Positions 47,862-55,835 of a stretch of DNA of 64,000 bases are shown here, one piece after another. Numbering within the stretch: position 1 is the first letter of the stretch; every line of letters begins with the position of its first letter. Below the pieces are notes generated by a model. The model did no database searches. It saw only the letters and a program-made list of their open reading frames with translations, and was not told the DNA's origin. This DNA is from Flavobacteriaceae bacterium (lineage in GTDB: Bacteria; Bacteroidota; Bacteroidia; Flavobacteriales; Flavobacteriaceae): the NCBI GenBank assembly GCA_046329205.1, contig JAXLVF010000006.1, positions 91,077-155,076 on the forward strand, in the 5' to 3' direction. The translations under genes were made by a program, and so were the position numbers.

Positions 47862-49831
47862 TGATTGTATCTGCTTCCATAATATTAGGTATTGTTAGAC
47901 TTTGTCTGATAGTTTTGTTATTGTTCTATTTTAACCAACGTATTTTTGGTGCAAAAGATAAAGAGCAAGGACTATTAGATTTTATAGTTCAACATTTGGT
48001 AAAGTATGGAAGCTATATTGTTATAATTGTATTTATTGAAGTCCAACTGAGAATATATGATTTTTTCAACACATTATTCTTTTTGTTATTAGTAGCTTGT
48101 TTTGAGATTTTTGGTCTAAAAAGACTAATATCACCAGCAAAACTTGTTTTAGCAACTAGAAAAAAATCCTACACAATTCTAAGGGATTTGGAAGAAAAAA
48201 AACTAGGATTTAGCTATTTTTTACCAAAATTTTCAAAAGAAAAGAAAATTAACCTCATTTGGGAAATTGTGATTATTACATTGCTGATACTTATTACAAT
48301 TTCTGGTAGATTGTTTTTCTTGAGCCATGATTCATATTCACTTTCAAATATTTGGAATAGTGATATTACTACTGTTATCGATTTTGACTCACAACATTGG
48401 TTTGAAAACTCTATTTCGCCAATAGGTGAACTAGTAATTATAAACTTCTATGGTAAAATAACTGGGTTAACATCAGAAAACGCCTTACAATCAATGGGAT
48501 TGATAGAAGCAATTCTTATTGTTTTAATTATTTATTGGGCAATAAGCAAAGTATCGAAATCAAAGTATATAGCTCCAATCATTGGTTCATTGTGTTTTGC
48601 TCTTTGTTTTGTAATTCTTCCTGTGAACATTGCTTATTTGCAACAACATCGTTCTACATTTTTAGCGTTAGCAATTGCTATTCCATTAATGGTTTACTAT
48701 ATGGATCCTAAATTGCTCAATTTCACAAGAAAAAGATATTTTTTCTTTTATCTTTTTTCATTTGTTTCAATTGGGTTAATAGACTTATTTGTTCAAATAG
48801 CAATTGTTTTACCATTTATGATTATTGGGCTTTTTGTTTCAAAAATTAAATATAAAGTTCATAATTTACTGTTGCTACTTTCATATATTGTATCAACAAT
48901 TATATTATTCTTAATATACAACACGGCATGCATAAACTTTGGTTACGATTTTATGCTTTTTCTACATTCAAGTTTAGTTTCTATAAGTACATATACTTAT
49001 CTGCCATACTTGTATATGCCTTATGAAAGCCTTATTTACTACTATCAAATCGTATCTTTTGTAGGGTTATTTTTGTCGATAATACTTATATTTATTAGAA
49101 AAGAGAATATTAATGGAGCTATTTCATTTTTACTTTTTTTAAACTTTATAATTTTTGTCTCTACAATACAGAATCCATGGATTGACCAAGATTTAATTAG
49201 ACAGACATTGGCTATTTTCCTTTCAATTTCCGTTGGAGTAGTGGTTGGTTTGTTCTTCAAGCCATTTGAGTTCTTGACAAACAAGATAAAGATTATTATG
49301 CCAATGGTTTGTGTTTTATTAGCCGTTGGAATGACATATACTGCTTATTATTATCAAAAGGATAGCTTTAAAAACATGAAGCGTCCTGATGATACTCCTA
49401 GAGAAGTTCTAAATGCTTATGATTTAATTACTAATGAATATTTTCCTTATTCATATGCTGTTGTCAATGACTATTCTGCTCAAGCTTTGAGTAAAAATAA
49501 GCACTTCTTTGTCAATTATGAAGATTTTTTGAATGACTACTTAAAACGAGATGAAGTATTTTTTAAACACATTAAAGATAAAAAATTTTTAAAAAACAAC
49601 CCAGAATATGTGTTGCCAAATTGTGTTTTAGTTTTTGTTTATACCCGACAAAATAAGTTTTCTAACGAATTAACATCAAATAAAAAATATACTAACGAAC
49701 TTATAGATTTGTTGAAAAAATTGAGACACAGAGGAAGAAGAGTAAGGGTTTTTCACGAAGACAAAGTGTTCAAAATATATGAAATTGTAAATATACCAGG
49801 CGAAAGTAGATTAACAGATTTAATTTTTTAA
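47861..49831 (+). CDS. Orphan ~13-TM membrane protein with ~170-aa C-terminal soluble domain (function unknown)
   Basis: 656 aa. TAATG overlap with the upstream gene, and its stop lies 2 nt before the next ATG. No motif recognised. Confidence 0.6.
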   Translation: MIVSASIILGIVRLCLIVLLLFYFNQRIFGAKDKEQGLLDFIVQHLVKYGSYIVIIVFIEVQLRIYDFFNTLFFLLLVACFEIFGLKRLISPAKLVLATRKKSYTILRDLEEKKLGFSYFLPKFSKEKKINLIWEIVIITLLILITISGRLFFLSHDSYSLSNIWNSDITTVIDFDSQHWFENSISPIGELVIINFYGKITGLTSENALQSMGLIEAILIVLIIYWAISKVSKSKYIAPIIGSLCFALCFVILPVNIAYLQQHRSTFLALAIAIPLMVYYMDPKLLNFTRKRYFFFYLFSFVSIGLIDLFVQIAIVLPFMIIGLFVSKIKYKVHNLLLLLSYIVSTIILFLIYNTACINFGYDFMLFLHSSLVSISTYTYLPYLYMPYESLIYYYQIVSFVGLFLSIILIFIRKENINGAISFLLFLNFIIFVSTIQNPWIDQDLIRQTLAIFLSISVGVVVGLFFKPFEFLTNKIKIIMPMVCVLLAVGMTYTAYYYQKDSFKNMKRPDDTPREVLNAYDLITNEYFPYSYAVVNDYSAQALSKNKHFFVNYEDFLNDYLKRDEVFFKHIKDKKFLKNNPEYVLPNCVLVFVYTRQNKFSNELTSNKKYTNELIDLLKKLRHRGRRVRVFHEDKVFKIYEIVNIPGESRLTDLIF

Positions 49832-49833
49832 TC

Positions 49834-52800
49834 ATGAAGAAAGGACTACTCAACCATATAAAATATGTAATTTCTGCAATAGTAATTCTTGCATTAATTA
49901 CTAGTTGTGGACAAATAGAAAAATTATCATCAATAGAAGATATTAATGCGCTCAATAATTCTGATACCATATCTCTTCGAGAATATGATAAAACTAAATT
50001 GGCATTACCACCAGTTATAGAATATTTGGTTGATAACACAACAAGAGAAAGCTTAAAACTAGGCGGACATTTGAAAAAATTATCAGATTATTCTAAACTT
50101 CCTTTGCAAGTCACAAATGTAGCTGACTGGAATGCAAATCCTCAAATTCCAGAGTCCGTTAGAACATTGTGTATTTATGATACAAAAAAGATAAATTCTA
50201 GCAATATTGAAAAGATTGTTGAGTTTGTAGCAAAAGGCGGAAACCTTTTCCTTCCTTCAAATAGTGAAGATGTTCGTTTTGGTTATTTGATAGGATTAAA
50301 ACCTAATCCTAACTATGAAACAGATGTTGTATCAAAAGGCTTCAATTTTACTACTAATTTCATCACTGGAATGAACGGTAAGTATTGTCGTGAATTATTA
50401 GTTTTATATGGTTTTGAAAGAAAATGTTTTAAAGATGATATAAAAATATTGGCAAATTCAGTAAACAATAAAAATTATCCTTCTATAATCGAAAATAATG
50501 TAGGTAAAGGAAGTGTAATCTTTGTTAATTACACAGGCTTCATGGAAAAAATGGATAGAGGATTACTCTTTGCAGGTCTATTGCATGGTTTAGAAGGTAT
50601 TCCTTATCCAGTTGTTAATTCTAGTACAATATTTTTGGATGATTTTCCAGCACCATTATATGATATAAAAAGCGAGCCAATAGCTTCTGAAATGAACCTC
50701 AATGTTCAAGATTTTGTGAAGAAAGCTTGGTGGCCAGATATGGTGAAAATTGCCCAGAAGTTTGACATAAGCTATGCCGCAATGACCACTTTTGACTACT
50801 CTGAAAATACTGAACCACCATTTTTATTCAAACAATGGGAAAATAAAAAAGTAAAGGAAGGCAATAAGAATGTTTTTATTACTGATTGGTTTATGAATGA
50901 AGTAAAAAAACATAATCATGAACTTGCCTTTCACGGATATAATCACGTTTCTCTGCTTGAGCACGACTGGAAAAACAAAGACTTCATGGTTACAGCTCTC
51001 AAGACTGCTGAGAAAAAATGGTTGGTGAACAATTATGGCAATTTACCTGTTACGTATGTTCCGCCATCAAATTTTATTGATAGAACAGGAGTGAAGCAAC
51101 TTACCAAAGGTATGCCATCATTAAAGTTTATGTGTAGTCTCTATCTTGGTGAAACTGCCAATGGAGGTAACCGCGAATTTGATTATGATATGTATAATCC
51201 TAAATTATTTGATTATCCAAGGATTTCTAGTGGGTTTTATTTTGATGATAATTATGAATATGCTATTCAATCCATGTATATATTCACAGGTATTTGGACA
51301 CATTTTGTTCATCCCGATGATGTGTATCAAATTGCAACGCAAGAAAATAATAGTCAAGGAGATTTTGATTTAAGAAATCCCAAAGGATTAGGATGGAGAA
51401 AGACTAATGGTACTAATGAAAGTTTGTCAAATGATTTTGTTAAGTATCTTACCTCTCAACGAAAAAACTTCCCGCTGATGCGTTTCTTAAACGCTCGTGA
51501 AGGTGCTCTTATCACAAACGATTGGCGTGCATCTGTATTTACTCACAAACAAATAAATGGCGACTATATTGTAGAAAAAATTAATCAAGATTTATCGCCT
51601 TTCAAAGAACAATATTGGTTTGTATATGGAACCCAGCAAAATGCATCACAAATTGAAAATGAGTTAAAAGAACAAAATGCTAAGTTTTCTAAAACTAATT
51701 TTCAAAATGGATACCTATACAATGTATATACAAAAGTTCCAAGATTGAGCATAAAAAATTTCAAAGAGAAAAATGAAGAACAAATTGCTGCTATCCAAAA
51801 CGAAGTAATCGTAGCCAAAAAAGAGTACAATTTGTATTTAAAAAAATTGTATCAAAAAGAAGAAGAGGAAGAGAAAGAGATCGATTTTGACGAGCTTCAT
51901 AGAAAAGAAATGATACAGTTGAAAGAGAAAATGCTTTCTCAAGAAAAAATTGATCCATCTGTTTGGAACCAGTATGCTAAATATATGTCTTGGGAAGATA
52001 AAGGTGACGAAGTATGGAAAATGCTTGAAAACCATTGCTTGAAATTTCCTCTAGCAGAAAATATTCTTTATTCAAAAGAATTGAGTAAGATAATTGACTA
52101 TCCAAACGATTTAGTAAAAGAAAAATGGATGAGTGCACAAATTATGGTAACACCAAATGATAAGGATTTACTAAATAGTTATGTGGCAAACTTCTATTCT
52201 GCTGAAAATCAAGAAAAGATTAAAACGGCATTGCTAGCTTTATTAAAGGTAGATACTTCTAAAGAAAGCTATTTGAAATTTTTGCAATATTTATTAGAAT
52301 TTGAACCCAATAATGCAATTGTAGAACTTGAAAAAATTGAGCCATCAGATGAATATTCAAGCCTTGCAACAGCTATTACATGGTTATATGCAGATAATGA
52401 AATGTATGACAAAGCTTTGCAATGGTCAAAATTCACAAATGAAATAGATGATTACACAAGAATGACATGGTTAGTTGAACAAAAAGATTTCAAAAACCTT
52501 GAAATACTCTATAAAAAAGTCATTGCAGAAAATCCTCAAAATTACAAAGCAAAAGCTCTCATGAGTAACGTACTACATGATAATGGAAGATTCAAAGAAT
52601 CATGGATTATTGCCAATTCATTGCCAGATGTAGATGAAAAAAGACCACTTCGTGAAATGCTTAACAAAGATGTTGTTTTTGAAGAGCATGATGTAAAAGA
52701 ATATCTTGTGAACAATGAAAAAGAGTTATTTTACCCTGATGTTCTTGAGAAAATTGTTAAAGTAGAACGAAAACAATATGGGTCATTTTTGAATTTAGAT

Positions 52801-53727
52801 TCAGAGTTACAAACAAACAGAGAAACACCATCTGCTTTTAAAAATGTATTCTCATATAACTTTTTTGATAAAAAACTAAATCTTCATAGCATTGGATTTA
52901 CTTACGGACAGATGTTTGATATAGAAGACTTTAAAGATATCGAAGATAATGTTTTGCATAACCTCTATGGTTTGCAATACCAATTTAATTTAGCTAATCG
53001 TCCAGAGAAAATGAATTATTGGGCAAGGAGTAGAGTAGAGTATAGCGATAGAGGAAAAGTGTTTTTCCACTATGGTATGGGAGCAAACATTTCTACCGAA
53101 GCATCTTTTAACTCGGCTGAGTTCAAAATATATCCAGCAGAAACTGGTCCAGCACACAGCAAAAGTATCTACAGATTCCAATTGAATTTTTATAGAGATA
53201 TGTATTTCTTTGGGTTTTTAAATGCTAGTATATCATTAGAAGGAAATTTTTATAACAAAAGCAAAACAGAAAACACTAATTACACAACAGAAGATTCTTT
53301 CGATGGTTCATTAACTACTAAAATCTCATTGAATAAACCTGACGAGAAAAAATATAAAATTATACCGTTTCTAGAAGCATCTAAATCTCAAGGTTCTTTG
53401 GGTAAATCATTTGTTCCACTATCTACAGGATATCCTTATTGGATGCTAGATGAAAGGTTTTTCTATGGTGGAGGAATAGGTTTTAAACTAGGAAAATCTA
53501 CTGATAATTTCAGATTTAATGTTGAAGGGACTTATTTCATTGATGATTACAGTGATAATTTTGAAAGAATTTTAAGTGGTGTTGAGTATCAAATATTTGA
53601 TTTTACTTCTATAAAAGCAAATCTAGAGATGTATATTCAATCCAAGTATTATTCGAATGTGATACAATTTGGAATAAAACATAACTTGAAAAAGAAATCA
53701 GTAAAAACAAAAAAAGGAATTGATTAA
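49834..53727 (+). CDS. 1297-aa lipoprotein: DUF2194/CE4-like polysaccharide deacetylase module + Glu-rich coil + TPR-like helical repeats + C-terminal outer-membrane beta-barrel (PelA-deacetylase/PelB-like fusion)
   Basis: Lipobox ALITSC (Cys25). FLDD (D269-D270), HGYNH (H367/H371) and THFVHPDD (H490/H493) have CE4-like order and spacing. EEEEEKE coil at about residues 675-700. Helical repeats at about 700-960. Alternating-hydrophobic strand pattern at about 965-1285. Confidence 0.65.
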   Translation: MKKGLLNHIKYVISAIVILALITSCGQIEKLSSIEDINALNNSDTISLREYDKTKLALPPVIEYLVDNTTRESLKLGGHLKKLSDYSKLPLQVTNVADWNANPQIPESVRTLCIYDTKKINSSNIEKIVEFVAKGGNLFLPSNSEDVRFGYLIGLKPNPNYETDVVSKGFNFTTNFITGMNGKYCRELLVLYGFERKCFKDDIKILANSVNNKNYPSIIENNVGKGSVIFVNYTGFMEKMDRGLLFAGLLHGLEGIPYPVVNSSTIFLDDFPAPLYDIKSEPIASEMNLNVQDFVKKAWWPDMVKIAQKFDISYAAMTTFDYSENTEPPFLFKQWENKKVKEGNKNVFITDWFMNEVKKHNHELAFHGYNHVSLLEHDWKNKDFMVTALKTAEKKWLVNNYGNLPVTYVPPSNFIDRTGVKQLTKGMPSLKFMCSLYLGETANGGNREFDYDMYNPKLFDYPRISSGFYFDDNYEYAIQSMYIFTGIWTHFVHPDDVYQIATQENNSQGDFDLRNPKGLGWRKTNGTNESLSNDFVKYLTSQRKNFPLMRFLNAREGALITNDWRASVFTHKQINGDYIVEKINQDLSPFKEQYWFVYGTQQNASQIENELKEQNAKFSKTNFQNGYLYNVYTKVPRLSIKNFKEKNEEQIAAIQNEVIVAKKEYNLYLKKLYQKEEEEEKEIDFDELHRKEMIQLKEKMLSQEKIDPSVWNQYAKYMSWEDKGDEVWKMLENHCLKFPLAENILYSKELSKIIDYPNDLVKEKWMSAQIMVTPNDKDLLNSYVANFYSAENQEKIKTALLALLKVDTSKESYLKFLQYLLEFEPNNAIVELEKIEPSDEYSSLATAITWLYADNEMYDKALQWSKFTNEIDDYTRMTWLVEQKDFKNLEILYKKVIAENPQNYKAKALMSNVLHDNGRFKESWIIANSLPDVDEKRPLREMLNKDVVFEEHDVKEYLVNNEKELFYPDVLEKIVKVERKQYGSFLNLDSELQTNRETPSAFKNVFSYNFFDKKLNLHSIGFTYGQMFDIEDFKDIEDNVLHNLYGLQYQFNLANRPEKMNYWARSRVEYSDRGKVFFHYGMGANISTEASFNSAEFKIYPAETGPAHSKSIYRFQLNFYRDMYFFGFLNASISLEGNFYNKSKTENTNYTTEDSFDGSLTTKISLNKPDEKKYKIIPFLEASKSQGSLGKSFVPLSTGYPYWMLDERFFYGGGIGFKLGKSTDNFRFNVEGTYFIDDYSDNFERILSGVEYQIFDFTSIKANLEMYIQSKYYSNVIQFGIKHNLKKKSVKTKKGID

Positions 53728-53745
53728 GTCAATTCCTTTTTTTTA
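53713..53745 (+). terminator. Rho-independent terminator of the Pel-like operon
   Basis: AGGAATTGA-TTAAG-TCAATTCCT stem followed by TTTTTTTT. The stop codon lies in the loop. Confidence 0.65.
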
Positions 53746-53764
53746 ACTAAAATTAATCAATCAA

Positions 53765-55387
53765 TTAATGTTTTACTATAAATCTTTTTGTTGTTGAAGA
53801 TTGTCCGTTAGATAATCTAATAAAATATACGCCAACAGCTAGACTTTCAGTATTTAGTATCATTCTGTTATTATCTATATTAGATTTAATACCAAATGAT
53901 TGCCCTAATGTATTATAAATTTCAGCTTTGTAATCTGCTATATTTTCCATTTCTACAATCAATTCTCCATTTGCAGGTACAGGATAGATAACTGGTGTCA
54001 AAATGTTATTGTCTATTACAGCAAGTGCAGATGTAACATTTAGTGTAAAATTAAGATTATTATACCCAGTAGATGTTTCCCACATGTTAGTATTTGCTAG
54101 TCTAATTGAATAGTCTGGTTTAGAAGCCAATGAAGAAGATGCGTCTGGTAAATACAAGAACAATTTATAACTACCTGGAGCAATTGTGTTTGGTAGTGTT
54201 AAATTCTCTGAAACAATCATTTCATTGTTAGAGTTTAACCACAATCTTGGATCTGCATTAAGTTGAACACTAAATTCTTGGTCATTTGCTACATTTCTCA
54301 ATACTAAATAGGCTTTTCTTTGGTTGAAAGGTGAAGCAAATCCAACATTTTGTATTCTAAAAGAAATTGGTAAAGTTCCACCAGAATTTGTTGAATTTGG
54401 AAATGTTGCCGAATTCATTTGCAATCTATAACCTAATTTCTTTTTTAATTCTTCTAAACAGCTATCAGTACTGAATTCAGATATTACTTGTGGATAATAG
54501 TCAATATTCATGTATGACCAATGAAATTTTGCCATTTCAAATAAAGCTGTTGCACAATTTGAACGATCATCATTGAAGGCACATGTTTCTCCACCCATTG
54601 GAGTGAATTTAGTTTCTTGTTCTAGATATGGATATTCTGAGGCAACGCTAGTGTATGTTCCCATGTCAGTATTATCAGCAAGGAAACAATCATTGTGATG
54701 ACCAACTCTAGCTAAGTTTGTTCCATTAAATCCTTGAGTATTGTTTAAAGCTGTAGTAGTCAAAAATGTTTTTTGTTTCAATTTTGGAGTTCTAAGCTGT
54801 ATCATTCTGTTGCTAGGAATTGCTAATAATAGTGCATCAATAACTTCTTTTCTATTTGCATAATCAGCAGCAGTTGGGTTCATACCAAAATGATCTGTGT
54901 AGTACCATTCTCCCCATGCACCAATAAATCCAGCTTGAACCACAGTAATAACATCAGCATTTGCTGTTAAAAGCGGTTTTAATTGTTGCAAATGAGCAAT
55001 AATTTGTTCTTTTGAAGCATCGCGTTGTGTAGCACCAGCATCATCTGAGTATGCAAAACGTACAATACATTTAATTCCTGCATTTCTAATTTTATCAAAA
55101 TCAGCTTGCATGTTGCTCAAATAGCTTGCAGAAATTGGAGAATTGATAAAATCTTCTAAATAGAAAATTCTTAGTATCAATGAAATTTTTTCATTGAGGA
55201 TGTAGTTTCTTAATGAAGTTTGATTTAATGCAGAATAACTTGCAGAATGAGTTTCTTTATGATGATAAAAACCTCTTTCTGGATTTGAAAAGTTTTCTGT
55301 AGATGGCGTGTAAGATACACTTGTTGTTTGTGCTTCTAATTTTACAACCAGTAAAACTAAAATTAATAATGCATAAATCTTTCTCAT
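53765..55387 (-). CDS. T9SS-secreted DUF4874/DUF4832 (glycoside-hydrolase-like TIM barrel) protein
   Basis: 540 aa with a signal peptide. NPERGFYHH and AGFIGAWGEWYYT blocks. The C-terminal ~80 aa (IYPVPANGELIV...GVYFIRL...KRFIVKH) is a type-A Por/T9SS sorting domain. Confidence 0.75.
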   Translation of the reverse strand: MRKIYALLILVLLVVKLEAQTTSVSYTPSTENFSNPERGFYHHKETHSASYSALNQTSLRNYILNEKISLILRIFYLEDFINSPISASYLSNMQADFDKIRNAGIKCIVRFAYSDDAGATQRDASKEQIIAHLQQLKPLLTANADVITVVQAGFIGAWGEWYYTDHFGMNPTAADYANRKEVIDALLLAIPSNRMIQLRTPKLKQKTFLTTTALNNTQGFNGTNLARVGHHNDCFLADNTDMGTYTSVASEYPYLEQETKFTPMGGETCAFNDDRSNCATALFEMAKFHWSYMNIDYYPQVISEFSTDSCLEELKKKLGYRLQMNSATFPNSTNSGGTLPISFRIQNVGFASPFNQRKAYLVLRNVANDQEFSVQLNADPRLWLNSNNEMIVSENLTLPNTIAPGSYKLFLYLPDASSSLASKPDYSIRLANTNMWETSTGYNNLNFTLNVTSALAVIDNNILTPVIYPVPANGELIVEMENIADYKAEIYNTLGQSFGIKSNIDNNRMILNTESLAVGVYFIRLSNGQSSTTKRFIVKH

Positions 55388-55529
55388 AATAATGTAGGTT
55401 AAATCATTTTACATCAATTAAGTTTCTAAAAACAAAATTTGAACTTGGGGTTTTTCAAATTTGCTACATCACAAATATATATAGTCAAAAGGTAAAAAAC
55501 ATCGATAAAATGAAAAAAAATGTACAAAA

Positions 55530-55544
55530 AATCGACGAATTGCA
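55530..55544 (+). promoter_or_regulatory. Copy of recurrent intergenic box (AATCGACGAATTGCA)
   Basis: 13/15 identical to 59034-59048. A weaker copy, CATCGATAAAATGAA, lies at 55500-55514. Confidence 0.3.
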
Positions 55545-55802
55545 TTTTTTTAATATTTTATAAAGTTAAAGACTACAAAATGGCTGTTTTTAATCAATTT
55601 TTCTCCCTTTTTTTTACTTAAAGTTATTAACAATCACATTTACAGTTGTTTATAAGTCTATATTTTTTGATTAAATAAATCAATTTTTTTTCATTTTAAG
55701 TGCATCATTATATATAAAGAATAAAGAATACATTTTAACTATAATTTATATTATGTAAAATAGAAAATATCAAAATTACTTCTCTTTAACTATTTGTTTT
55801 CA

Positions 55803-55810
55803 TACTTTTG
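55803..55810 (+). promoter_or_regulatory. Candidate -7 box TACTTTTG
   Basis: TAnnTTTG 26 nt upstream of the ATG at 55836. Confidence 0.4.
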
Positions 55811-55835
55811 CATTAACTAAAAATATCAATTGGAT

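Noticed and set aside
51838-52035. Antisense 65-aa ORF inside the 1297-aa gene
   Set aside because: It mirrors the Glu/Lys-rich coiled-coil segment, where GAA/AAA repeats give a TTT/TTC-rich antisense. It is a low-complexity artefact.
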